DNA of 64,000 nucleotides, taken from the NCBI GenBank assembly GCA_951406725.2, contig OX597828.1, positions 46,314,001-46,378,000 of the forward strand, given 5' to 3'. The notes beneath the pieces are model-generated. The model did not search any database. It was not told the origin of the DNA and saw only the letters and a list, made by a program, of their open reading frames with translations. The position numbers and the translations under genes were made by a program. Shown here piece by piece: positions 28,168 to 41,637 of the stretch. Position 1 is the stretch's first letter; every line of letters begins with the position of its first letter. Origin of the DNA: Octopus vulgaris (taxonomy: Eukaryota).

Positions 28168-28404
28168 ATTCTTCTTCTTCTTCTTCTTCTTCTTCTTCTT
28201 CTTCTTCTCATGATTCTTCTTCTTTTTCTTCTTCTTCTTCTTCTTCTTCTCATTCTTCTTCTTCTTCTTCTTCTTCTTCTTCTTCTCATTCTTCTTCTTC
28301 TTCTTCTTCTTCTTCTTTTTCTTCTTTTTCTTCTTTTTCTTCTTCTTCTTCTTTTTCTTCTTCTTCTTCTTTTTCTACTTCTTCTTCTTCTTTTTCTTCT
28401 TCTA

Positions 28405-28477
<73 letters not shown>

Positions 28478-28555
28478 GCAGGCTGCACGAAACGCTTAGT
28501 GATATTTCGCCTGTCGCTACGTTCTGTGTTCAAATCCGCTGAGATCGACTTTGCC

Positions 28556-28618
<63 letters not shown>

Positions 28619-28620
28619 CA

Positions 28621-28702
<82 letters not shown>
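28168..28702. repeat. (CTT)n and (TTA)n tracts with an embedded SINE B fragment (28478-28558)
   Basis: Directly visible. Confidence 0.9.
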
Positions 28703-28706
<4 letters not shown>

Positions 28707-29222
28707 TAGTTTTATTTTTATAGCGTGCTTTCACTTCACTACCGAGCGCAGCTCTGTGTGCCTTGGGTATGTGCTGTGATTTGTTGTGATGCTCTGATGG
28801 TTATTGTATGGAAAGTGTTCTGCGTAGGATGTGTGCAGTGCCCAGTAGTGCAATTTTCTGTATGTTATATGTGTTTGTAAGTCCTGGTGTTTTTGTTATG
28901 TATTTGTCTGAATATTTTTTTATCATGCCTAATGCACCTACTATGATAGGAATTGTTTCTGTTTTCAGATTCCACATTCTAGTTACCTCTATTTCCAGGT
29001 CTTTGTATTTTGAGAGTTTCTCCATTTCTTTTAGAGACACGTTGTCATCTGCCGGTACTGATACATCAATTAGAAAGCATTTTTTTCTTCATGGTCTCTG
29101 ACAACTATATCTGGTCTGTTGGCCTTAATTTCTCTATCTGTGTGTATCGGCATATCCCAGAGTATGGTTGCTTTCTCGTTTTCTGTGACCTTTTCTGGTG
29201 TGTGCCTATACCATCTTTTTTC

Positions 29223-29225
<3 letters not shown>
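28703..29225 (-). mobile_element. 5'-truncated R4/Dong-like non-LTR element (RLE domain plus 3' UTR) in (TAA)n
   Basis: ILWDMPIHTDREIKANRPDIVV..LIDVSVP..EKLSKYKDL..PIIVGALG..QKIALLGTAHILRR; one frameshift; (TAA)n on both sides. Confidence 0.9.
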
Positions 29226-29267
<42 letters not shown>

Positions 29268-29327
29268 CATTATTATTATTACTATTATTATTATTATTAT
29301 TACTATTATTATTATTATTATTATTAT

Positions 29328-29648
29328 TCTCAGTGGTTAGAGCGTCGAGCTTACGATCGTGAGGTTGTGAGCTCGAATCCCGGACCGGGCTGCGTGTTGT
29401 GTTCTTGAGCAAGGCACTTTATTTCACGTTGCTCCAGTTCACTCAGCTGTAGAAATGAGTTGCGACGTCACTGGTGCCAAGCTGTATCGACCTTTGTCTT
29501 TCCCTGGATAACACTGGTGGCGTGGAGAGGGGAGGCTGGTATGCATGGGCGACTGCTGGTCTTCCATAAACAACCTTGCCCGGACTTGTGTCTAGGAGGG
29601 TAACTTTCTAGGTGCAATCCCATGGTCATTCATGACCGAAGGGGGTCA
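29328..29648 (+). mobile_element. SINE head D plus tail type 4
   Basis: Homologous to 22001-22335; within a TTA tract. Confidence 0.85.
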
Positions 29649-29662
29649 AAATCAAAAAAATT

Positions 29663-29694
<32 letters not shown>

Positions 29695-29719
29695 CATTAT
29701 CATTTTTATTATTATTATA

Positions 29720-29775
<56 letters not shown>

Positions 29776-29850
29776 CATCATTATTATTATTACTATTATT
29801 ATTATTATTATTATTATTATCCTTATTATTATTACTATTATTATTATTAT

Positions 29851-30505
29851 TCTATGTTTGACTTTTGCTTTATATTTGTACAAGTTGGCTCCAAGTCTCA
29901 CCCAGAGACCTCAAGAGACAACAGGGTTGGAAGTTCATGTTGTTGTTATGCCTAGTGTGCCATATATTTGGGGGGTGGAGATGTTGTACTAATGAATGTC
30001 TAAAAAGAAAAAAAAAGGTTTTTTTTTTTTTTTTTTTTTTAAACCGAAAATTATGTTTGTTTTAAACCTTGAGATTACATAGAGAGTATTTTGCGTAGGA
30101 TATGAGCAGTTCCCATGAGCACTATCTTTTGAACTTCTGCCATTTTGGGGTTTCCTGGTATCTGAGTTAGGTAGCCATCAGCCCCTTTTGCTATCATTCC
30201 CAGGGCACCTATGACAACAGGTATTGTTTTAGTCTTCAGCTTCCACATTTTGCTGATTTCCATTTCAAGATCTTTATATTTGCTCAGTTTTTGGTAGGTC
30301 TTGACAGATACGTTTATATCGATTGGGACAGTCATATCAATGAGGAGGCATGTTCTTTGTTTGAAGTTTTTCAATATGATGTCTGGCCTATTTGCATCTA
30401 TCTTCCTGTCAGTTTGAATGGTGAAGTTCCAGAGGAGTGAGATGTGGTCATTTTCAAGCACTGGGGGTGGTTTGTGTTCCCACCAGTTTTTTTCATGGGG
30501 CAAAT
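29851..30505 (-). mobile_element. Second 5'-truncated R4/Dong-like element (different subfamily) in (TAA)n
   Basis: Open 142 aa ORF 30075-30503: LLWNFTIQTDRKIDANRPDIIL..LIDMTVP..KLSKYKDL..PVVIGALG..QKIVLMGTAHILRK; 3' UTR runs into (TAA)n. Confidence 0.92.
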
Positions 30506-30542
30506 CCAGGCTTTTACAGATTACCCAGTGAATATATTGTGC

Positions 30543-30635
<93 letters not shown>

Positions 30636-30667
30636 TTTATAGTATTATTATTATTATTATGATATTA

Positions 30668-30960
30668 GTGAGGACGCATGGCCTAGTGGCCACGGTGTTG
30701 CTTTCACGATCGTGAAATCGTACTTTCAATTTCTAGACCGGGTGGTGCGTTGTGTTCTTGAGTAAAACACTTCACCTCACGTTGCTCTACGGTCATTTCG
30801 ACACCTCACGCGTGTACACCCGAACCCTGATCAGCCAACGACGATTTGATGGAAAGAGCGAGCTAACTCAGAACCCATGCATTTGATCATTATAAACGAA
30901 TAACTGGTACAAGGCATCTGGCTAAAACTAAACACTCATACATCATCTTCGACGGGAGAA
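30668..30960 (+). mobile_element. SINE head D with another, degenerate tail
   Basis: GCATGGCCTAGTGG..GTGTTCTTGAGTAAAACACTT. Confidence 0.6.
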
Positions 30961-31164
30961 TCTATTACGATTATTCTGTGGTTAGCTGAGTGAATCGTTA
31001 ACGCAAAGAACAAAAGATGTGTAGCTGCATGTCATGCAGGCCTTAACGTTCGTTTTTCGAACCCAACTGGGGTCGACTTTGCTTCGAGTTCCTTAAAGTC
31101 AGGTGCCAATTAAGTACTGAGGTCTATGTAATCGATTTACGTTTCTTCATCAAAATTGCTGAAA

Positions 31165-31576
31165 CAGTGGCTGTGTGGTAAGTAGCTTGCTAACCAACCA
31201 CATGGTTCTGGGTTCAGTCCCACTGCGTGGCATCTTGGGCAAGTGTCTTCTGCTATAGCCCTTGGCCGACCAATGCCTTGTGAGTGGATTTGGTAGAAGG
31301 AAACTGAAAGAAGCCTGTCGTATATATGTATATATATATATATGTGTGTGTCTGTGTGTTTGTGTGTCTGTGTTTGGCCCCCTAGCATTGCTTGACAACC
31401 GATGCTGGTTTGTTTACGTCCCCGTCACTTAGCGGTTCGGCAAAAGAGACCGATAAAATAAGTACTGGGCTTACAAAGAATAAGTCCCGGGGTCGATTTG
31501 ATCGAATAAAGGCGGTGCTCCAGCATGGCCGCAGTCAAATGACTGAAACAAGTAAAAGAGTAAAAGAGTAAAGAGT
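31165..31576 (+). mobile_element. SINE family A
   Basis: Near full length with (GTAAAAGA)n tail. Confidence 0.9.
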
Positions 31577-32339
31577 ATATATCTGACAACTCTGAGTGAT
31601 GCTGGAGGTGTCATTAATGTACTAGGTCTTTAGACCTCGTGAACCAAGCTGGTGTCTTCTTTTCAATCCTGGAGGTGTTTTCGGAGACCCATGCATAAAG
31701 GATTCATGCAGTTTTCTAGGTGTGTTCTATTCTTAGTTCTGTGCATATAGTTTTCAACCTCGTTTTTTGAGTTCTTTGTTCGCCGTATCTAATGGGAAAA
31801 GAATTCTATCTAGGTATTTAATTGGTCTGCCCTTGGACAGCTCCTGTAAATGCGAAGCTTCTTCAGTACTCTCTATACAACCCGGAAAGGACTATGTACT
31901 CTCCTGGTAGCGTGTGCTGTCCCTTCCAGGAATTTCGACTGCCATGACTAGACTTAAGATGACTACTAGAGTGGTTTCGCATAGCCATCTCCCAGCAGGT
32001 GGAATTTCAACTCAGAATGTTGAGAGCCAGATTATATACCGTAACGTATTTCCGCTGACACGCTAAGGATTCTGCCACTCTCTCCCTCGTAGGCAACTTG
32101 AAATTAAATGTTTTGACCAAGAACACAACGCACCGCCCGGTTCAGGTATCGAATCCAGTGATATGACGATCGTGTTTGCTAAACCGTGACCACTTGGCAG
32201 GGTGCTTTCACGTGCCGACAATTATTAACACAATATATACGTTTTAGGACGGCTAGCTGGAAGAATTGTTAGAACGCCAGGCGAAATGCTTGCCGGTATT
32301 TCGTCTGTCGTTAAGTTCTGAGTTCAAATTCCGCCGAAT

Positions 32340-32481
<142 letters not shown>

Positions 32482-32997
32482 GAGTGAGAGAGCAGTTCAT
32501 GCCATCAAAGTGACACTGGGGTAAAATATACGAAGCCCAATATACCCATCATGACTACCCGTCTGATAAAGGTACACTAGGCACATGCATCACAACCATA
32601 TGTGCGCGACATGGTGATCTCATATCAAGATAAACAGCACATGACCTTGCAGGTGGGGCCCAGTTAGAATTTTCTTCAGGTTGAGTAGCCCATCCCGCTC
32701 AAACGGTCCCTGAATAAGGGTTGTTTAAGGATGTTGAAAGAACCACCCATGTTTCCAGAGGTGAATTATTCAAACTCCAAAGAATCCCTCTCAACACATG
32801 GCTATGATGCTCCCCCACTACTTCTGCTCGTGATCAGAGATGCACATATCGTCAGCAACTAAGGGACATGCTCAACCTGTTAAGGTCAAACAACTGACAA
32901 GCAAATCTGTGGTATTGAGCAGAATATTTGCTGTAGCCCATCTTTTATACCAAGACAAAACAATGTACATGATAACACTTCCAATCAGTTAAGATCA
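32482..32997 (-). mobile_element. TAA-associated repeat G
   Basis: Reverse complement of 11088-11649, flanked on both sides by (TTA)n. Confidence 0.88.
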
Positions 32998-33738
<741 letters not shown>

Positions 33739-34892
33739 TTGTGAAGAATTTGATGCTTTGTCAGACCGGTTATTTAGACTCTTGATGGCACTTTGAAGGT
33801 AAACGTTGGTTGTGTTGCCGCAGTCAAAGTTGCTGCTGCTGATGGTGATGATGATGACGACGACGACGATGAAGATGACGACGACGACGACGATGATGAT
33901 TATGATGCTGATGATGATGAAGTTCTTCATTTTCCTTTCTATCCTCTTTTTCCTGTCTTTCTTTCGCTTGAATCCAAACCAAGCGACACAAAATGGGCAT
34001 GAGTGTTGATATGGGATCTGGTCCTTGAGTGACATAACCTTTTCGCTCGGAATTTTTGAAGGAGGAACGAAAAGTCAGTAATAACAAGGAGTGAAACATA
34101 GATAGGGAAAGGGAGAGAGAAAGATTTGGGGAAAAAGAGAAAAGAAATGAATGGGATAGGTCATTTTTAATTTAGGCAGGAGCCCTGTCAATAAATGTCA
34201 AGTAGGATTATTTAGAAGTTTAGATATTTTGTTTGGTACGACTAGATGGATGGTTGTCGGGGATTTGGTATGTAGGTGGGTTGGATCGGTCGCTAGGCCG
34301 GTTGACTGGCTGGCTGGCTGGTTGGCTGTATGGCTGGTTGGCTGCTTGGACGGATGGATGCATACATGATGGGTTTGTTTGTTGGATGGCTGGTTGGTTA
34401 AGGAATATTACAGTTCTGCAGGAGAGGTCTAGTTCGATGGCAAATTGGTATATATTAAAATACTAAATATCTTTATTTTCTGTAACTGTTTGAACAGGAA
34501 ATCTAATTTCACACCATACTTTATTTTTATCCGATGAATGACTAACATCCGAAACGTCAAAAGTATTTCCCTTTTGTGAAGGCATTACTCTAAGAGATCT
34601 CTTGTTAAACTCTGTCCTCTCCTTGTCTTCCTTCTGTAGTCATTCCCGAAGAGATGATTAATCTATTTTATTTCAGATGCTTTTTATTCTAATTTACGTT
34701 TCAATCACTGGATGCCGGCCATACTGGTGCACTAGCTTGGATCGTTTAGTCGAGCAAATACATGTCCTTACTAGTCTGATAATATTCTATCCGCCTCTTT
34801 TTCGGTGAATCATAAAGTTATGGCGATGTAATTGCATCAACAACGGTTGCCAAAAGGTGACAGGAGGAAACATAAAAAAGAAGAAAATAAAG

Positions 34893-34953
<61 letters not shown>

Positions 34954-35310
34954 CCACACATATATATATTTATATATATTAAATAATTGATGACACCTGG
35001 TAGCCTTGGTGAACGTGTTCTCAAGGCACGTTACTAGGAACTTATCCGAAACAAAGTTTGGATACTATATTTTAAAATCTATCTAAACTTCAATTTTAAA
35101 AAAATATATATATATATTGCCATGATAGATCGCAAGCCGCTACACATTCTTTATTTTCTCTCCTTGTTTCTTTCAGTGAAAGACCGTTGTATCGAAACGT
35201 TAAAGACTTCTTCACTTCCCGAGTGTTAAACTAATACATCTGCTTTCGTCTATTGTGTTTTTGTGAATTTCCCTCCTAAATAAATACATATATATGAATT
35301 TATATATATG

Positions 35311-35375
<65 letters not shown>

Positions 35376-35641
35376 ATAGACACACGCACGCACACACGCA
35401 CACACAACGCACGCACATACTCACGTTTGATATGTTCTAAACTGTTTACGACTTCGAAATCCACTAACAAGGTATTACTGGCTTGCAATAAGAGCGGAGG
35501 TCACTCGGCCAAAGAGCCGCGCCAATAGTGCGACTTAACACAAAACCAAGTTGTTGAGAAATTAATTGAAGCACACTACAATGTCGCCATCATATTATGT
35601 GTTTGTGATTGTGCATGTGTATATATATACATATATATATG

Positions 35642-35710
<69 letters not shown>

Positions 35711-35828
35711 TTAGAGACAAAACCACTATTAGGCAAATCAAACAATGAAAAACTTAAGCCAATACTTATGATTAATTTATATTATTTAAATATATAACAA
35801 AATTATTAAAAAAATATAATTAATATCA

Positions 35829-35892
35829 CACTACGATCGTTTCATGCCTGCTAACATCTTCAAATTTTTGAGTCGCAGTCATTCATCAGGTG
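35829..35892 (-). ncRNA. Minimal type-I hammerhead ribozyme (antisense copy in left arm)
   Basis: Reverse complement of 35964-36027. Confidence 0.8.
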
Positions 35893-35963
35893 GTTTAAAT
35901 ATTTTTCTTGGCGAGGTTTAAACAATGAACTCTACTATAGTTCGCCAAGAAAAATATTTAAAC

Positions 35964-36027
35964 CACCTGATGAATGACTGCGACTCAAAAATTTGAAGAT
36001 GTTAGCAGGCATGAAACGATCGTAGTG
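35964..36027 (+). ncRNA. Minimal type-I hammerhead ribozyme
   Basis: CAC-CUGAUGA-[AUGACUGC..GCAGGCAU stem II]-GAAA-CGAUCG-UA-GUG: intact core, palindromic stem III, GUA cleavage triplet. Confidence 0.85.
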
Positions 36028-36254
36028 TGATATTAATTATATTTTTTTAATAATTTTGTTATATATTTAAATAATATAAATTAATCATATGTATTGGCTT
36101 AAGTTTTTCATTGTTTGATTTGCCTAATAGTGGTTTTGTCTGTAATTTAATATAATATATTTTACTATAAAATTGGATTCAATCCTAAATCTGATTTTTC
36201 CATGTAAGTTTGGATTTATTCCCTAATATTTATTATTAATATATATATATACCT

Positions 36255-36297
<43 letters not shown>

Positions 36298-36327
36298 TAC
36301 ATATATATATATACATATATATATATT

Positions 36328-36359
<32 letters not shown>

Positions 36360-36396
36360 CATACATATATATATATGCATATATATACATATATAC

Positions 36397-36612
36397 TTTT
36401 TACTCTTTACTCTTTTACTCTTTTACTTGTTTCAGTCATTTGACTGCGGCCATGCTGGAGCACCGCCTTTAGTCGAGCAAATCCCCCCAAGGAATTATTT
36501 TTTGTAAGCCTAGTACTTATTCTATCAGTCTCTTTTGCCGAACCGCTAAGTTGCGGGGACCTTAACGCACCAGCATCGGTCAAGCGATGTTGGGAGGACA
36601 AACACAGACACA

Positions 36613-36683
<71 letters not shown>

Positions 36684-36889
36684 GAAAGAAGCCCGTCCTA
36701 TATATGTATATATATATATACATATATACGACGGGCTTCTTTCAGTTTCCGTGTACCAAATCCACTCACAAGACTTTGGTTGACCCGAGGCTATAGTAGA
36801 AGCCACTTGCCCAAGGTGCCTCGCAGTGGGACTGAACCCGAAATCATGTGGTTGGTAAGCAACCTACTTACCACACAGCCACTCCTGCG

Positions 36890-36892
<3 letters not shown>
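36397..36892 (-). mobile_element. SINE family A, full length
   Basis: Head through tail, with internal CA/TA expansion. Confidence 0.9.
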
Positions 36893-36968
<76 letters not shown>

Positions 36969-36970
36969 GC

Positions 36971-37001
<31 letters not shown>

Positions 37002-37044
37002 ATATATATATATGTATATATATGTCTGTATACATGTATATGAG

Positions 37045-37262
37045 TGTGTGTATGTCTATTTGTGTGTCTGTGTTTGTCCCCTGACCATTGCTTGACAACC
37101 GATGTTGGTGTGTTTACGTCCCCGTAACTTGGCTGTTCGACAATTGTGACCGATAAAATACGTACTAGGCTTACACAGAATAACTCCTGGGGGCAATTCG
37201 GTCTACTACAGGCACTGCTCCAGCATGGCTGGTGTCAAATGACTGAAACAAGTAAAAGGATA
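37045..37262 (+). mobile_element. SINE family A, 3' half
   Basis: Inverted relative to 36397-36892. Confidence 0.8.
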
Positions 37263-37526
37263 AGAAAAAAGAAAAGAAAGCGTGTGTATTTGTGTGTGTG
37301 TGTGTGATAAAGAAATAGATGCAGACATAAATGGATAGACATACATAAATGATGTATAGGTAGAGAGGGAGAGGGGGTGAGAAAGAGATAGAGTGGGAGA
37401 GATAGAAAGAGAGAGAGACAGACACATACATACTAATGTTTATTCCCACGATCATTAAGGTTTTCTAACCGAGATTCGTGGATAAAATAGTTAGGCTAAG
37501 TGAAATTGAACGAATCACTTCGAATG

Positions 37527-37572
<46 letters not shown>

Positions 37573-38399
37573 TTTTTTTAAATATATCTATATCGACCTC
37601 AGAAACTTGAAAGACAACATCTATACCCGGAGAGATACCAACACGGAACTTAAAGAGGTGTAACTAGACACCGAAAACCTAAACATATTAAATTATGTTT
37701 ATTTTCTCTTCGTGAGGATCTAAGATCCTGTAAATGATTGTTGATTGTCTAATGTCAATAAACTCGTTTATCCTTTGTCTCCTCCTCCTTTTCTTTTTCT
37801 CCATCTTCTCTCCTTCTTCTTCTTCTTCTTCTTCTTCTTCCATTCCTCCCCACTCAACTCGCTTCACTGGAATCAAAATTGACCGAAACTCTGTCAGCAT
37901 CCTTTTAAATGGCTCCGTTTCTGAAGTTGAGTTGATATTATTGATCTCAGATTTTCACCCATATTTATTTTGTTGACCCCGGAGGTCTAAAAGGCAAAAT
38001 TGTCCACGACGAGGTTTGAACTCAGAACGTAAAGAACCAGATTTAGACAAAAAACCAGCAATTTTTGAAGAGAATGTTTAATCGATACCTGATCTTGTCT
38101 GGCTTTTAACTTATTAACCCCGAGGGGAATGAAAGGCAAAATTGACATCAGCAGGATTTGAACACAGAACGGACGGAAGAAATAATATAGTGAGTCATTT
38201 TGTCCGATGCTAACGTGCCACATTTTGAGAGCTGGGGTAACTCGAACACATAGTCTCCAAGTGAATCATTGGTACTTTATTTTTCTCGACCTTGAAAGAA
38301 TGAAAGGCAAAGCTGGACTTAGACTCAGAAGGTATTTATCCGGAAGAAATGTTACTACGCATTTTGTCCGACGCTCGAACAATTCTGCCCGCTTGTTGC

Positions 38400-38803
38400 C
38401 TTACTCTTTACTCTTTTATTTCTTTCAGTCATTTGACTGCGGCCATGCTGGAGCACCGCCTTTAGTCGAGCAAATCGACCCCGGGACTTATTCTTTGTAA
38501 GCCCAGTACTTATTCTATCGGTCTCTTTTGCCGAACCGCTAAGTGACGTGGACGTAAATACACCAGCATCGGTTGTCAAGCAATGCTAGGGAGACAAACA
38601 CAGACACACAAACACATACATATATATATATACATATATACGACGGGCTTCTTTCAGTTTCCGTCTACCAAATCCACTCACAAGGCTTTGGTCGGCCCGG
38701 GGTTATAGCAGAAGACACTTGCCCAAGATGCCACGCAGTGGGACTGAACCCGGAACCATGTAGTTGGTAAGCAAGCTACTTACCACACAGCCACTCCAGC
38801 GCC
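38400..38803 (-). mobile_element. SINE family A, full length (degenerate family B copies at ~37975-38400)
   Basis: Same sequence as the other copies. Confidence 0.9.
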
Positions 38804-39267
38804 TTAATACGAATGTTAAGAATAATAATTTAATACGAATAATAACTAAAATATTCTTGGTGTATTCATCATAAGTGATGCGATCGAAAATGTTCAGAAA
38901 AGCACAATTTCACAATGGTCTTCGAATAACATGTGTGTGTATGTACGTGCGTGTGAGACAGAGAAGGGGGGAGAAAGAAGGAGAGAGAAGGAGAGAGAGT
39001 TTTATTTTAAAGCTATTATTTAAACCCATACTCAACAATAAGAGTCAACGATGTGTATTTGTATGTGTGTACATGCTTGTATAGAATCTGAGATCAATGA
39101 TTACGCTCATTCCGTGCACGAAGGCAATGCTCATAGCCCCGATAAAATTAAACTTAGAGCACTATCAATGGATGAATTCATCGGTTAGAAGAAATACGAA
39201 ATCCGTTTTAGAATCCATCTGCCTATTTATCATTAGTATATACATATATATACATATATATGTATAG

Positions 39268-39399
<132 letters not shown>

Positions 39400-39840
39400 G
39401 GGTAATGCTTACGTTTCGAATATCTAAAATGTGGTCTACAGCAGATAACTGTACCAGTAGCTTTTTTAGAGATTCTGTATCGATATAGCCTTAATGCATT
39501 TGCTGTTCCATATATTTTTAGATGCTATCGTAGTAAGAATGCTCTCCGTCCTCCTATTTTTCTCGTATTTATTCATTTATTTATTTACCTTTCTGTAGGC
39601 TCTGATCTCTGAAGAAATCTAGCAAAAATATTATTCGTTAATTTGGCCTTGGAGCTTTATATCCTTCATCATTAAGTGTAAACGATGGCGAGTGTCTCGG
39701 GTTTAAAGAAGAGAAAATAAACACGGAACGTGCTTAACCATACGTAAAATCAGATTTTATAACTGGGTGAGTTGAAAAAGCCTTGTATTCATACTATAAT
39801 ATACTGTCTTACTATTCTAGTAAAGAGGCTCACTGTGCTC

Positions 39841-40814
39841 CGTGCTGTGAAGAAGATGCATCCGTTTAGGTAGTATACACAGGGTATTCTTATTCTATTT
39901 ACTACAACCAATACTTTCGTCGGCCACATTAACAAACGCACCTCACTTTCGATTCCTCTTTACTGTTTCTGTGTGGCATTTTACTGTCTGCATGCTCTTC
40001 AGGGCTTATAATACCTGTATCACTTGTATTCACATAAATATTGTTTACATACTCGTCCTTGGTTTAGAAACGTAAACATCACGAAGATGATACTTTCAGG
40101 ATATTCTGCCGTACCCTCATTGGTTGGAAAAGACTTCAAGATAACATTATCAGCCGATTTAACCGAATTAGTGCTTTGTGCTTCTTGGTTCTGATCTGAA
40201 AGGATAAAATTTAGAGTTGACTTTAATGCGATTTGAACTAAGATAGTAAACGGTACGGCGGCATTTCTGTAACATTTTACTAACTCTGCCGATTCATCGT
40301 CGCGGTAGTTGATAATAATTATATGATAAGTAGTTCTACTTTTTCAAGAAGGCGCGTGGTCTTGTGGCTAGAGAGTTGGTTTACCGATCATAATGACCCA
40401 GGTTCAAATCCCAGACCGCGCAGTGCATTGTGGCCTTTGGCAAATATTTCACTTGACTCTGCTCGATTTTACATAACCGAAATTGAGAATCAGCATCTGC
40501 GCACTTCTCTCCTTGTCTCTCTTTCTCAACCTTTAGCAGCGCATTTTCAGTCAGAATAATTCAAAAGATTACAATGTAGGAGGATCGTCAGGTCTTCCAG
40601 ACACCCAAACAAACGCATGGTACTAGTTACCAAATTATGTTTACTTGAGTTTGTCGGTATATATTATTTAATCCCAGGCCAAACAGAAACAAGAAAGAGG
40701 AATCGAAAGTGAGGTGCGTTCGTTAATGTGGCCGATGAAAGTATGGGTTGTAGTAAATAGAATAAGAATACCCTGTGTATACTACCTAAACATAGGCACC
40801 TTCTTCACAGGACG
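39841..40814. repeat. ~130 bp inverted repeat pair (39841-39972 / 40683-40814)
   Basis: GTTTAGGTAGTATACACAGGGTATTCTTATTCTATTTACTACAACC..CACTTTCGATTCCTCTTT and its reverse complement ~710 bp downstream. Confidence 0.85.
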
Positions 40815-41214
40815 AAGGGATAAAGAATAAACTTCAAACTACTACCTACTACATACATTCTTTTAATTTTTAATAACAATGAGATTTTGGTGTTCCCTAT
40901 TTTAAATTTCTTGACGGAAATATGTTTGGCCTTAATGAGCATGTTTTCGTTAAGATTGGAAGACACGAGAAAGAATTTTCCTCTAAAATATATTGGTCGA
41001 AATCAAATCTGATCAAAATAAAGTATAAAGAACATCTACAAATATGAACTCTTCAAACCGTAAATTCTTTCTGTCTTCAACATTAATCTCGCTTCATAAA
41101 ATTATTGTCTATATTTTGGATTATGCCATAGTGACGATTTTGATTCAATCAAGAACTCTAGACATTATCATTACTGAAAAGAGATTTTTAGAATTTCGTG
41201 AAGAAGAAAAACAA

Positions 41215-41257
<43 letters not shown>

Positions 41258-41324
41258 TCAGCATCTTCTTTATTCCTTAATTTCAAAATGTAAGCATCTA
41301 ATCCTGACAAATGTTATTTGGAAA

Positions 41325-41637
41325 TTTTTGTTTTTGTTTGTTCCTTCTCGAGCCATGCTTGGTTCATAAGGGCCGGTTTCCTGGTTTCATTGCCATATAG
41401 GTTCCCCCCCTGGTCGGGACGCCGGTCCGTCTCAGGTGAGCTGCTAGATGCAGGAGAAGAGAATGTGGAAAAATTGTGGCGCGCGAGTCAGCAGCAGTTA
41501 GCCATTACCTTCTGCCGGAGCCGCGTGTTGCGTGGGTGTTTCGCTCATAAACTCACACATCGCCCGGTCTGAGATTCGAAACCACGATCCCTCGAAAGCG
41601 AGTCCGCTGCTCTAATCACTAGAGCATATGCCTCCAG
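41325..41637 (-). mobile_element. SINE head C plus V-domain-like tail type 3
   Basis: Minus strand: GGAGGCATATGC..GCAGCGGACTCG..GCTCCGGCAG..CCTGAGACGGACCGGCGTCCCGACCAGGGG..GAAACCAGGAAACCGG. Confidence 0.75.

Larger units (their letters stand above)
35703..36240. mobile_element. Penelope-like inverted pseudo-LTR structure in (TA)n
   Basis: Near-perfect ~212 bp inverted repeat (35703-35914 / 35942-36153, 27 bp spacer), each arm carrying a hammerhead motif; TA tracts on both sides. Confidence 0.85.

Noticed and set aside
31580-31980. Possible decayed LINE fragment
   Set aside because: No convincing motif recovered by manual translation
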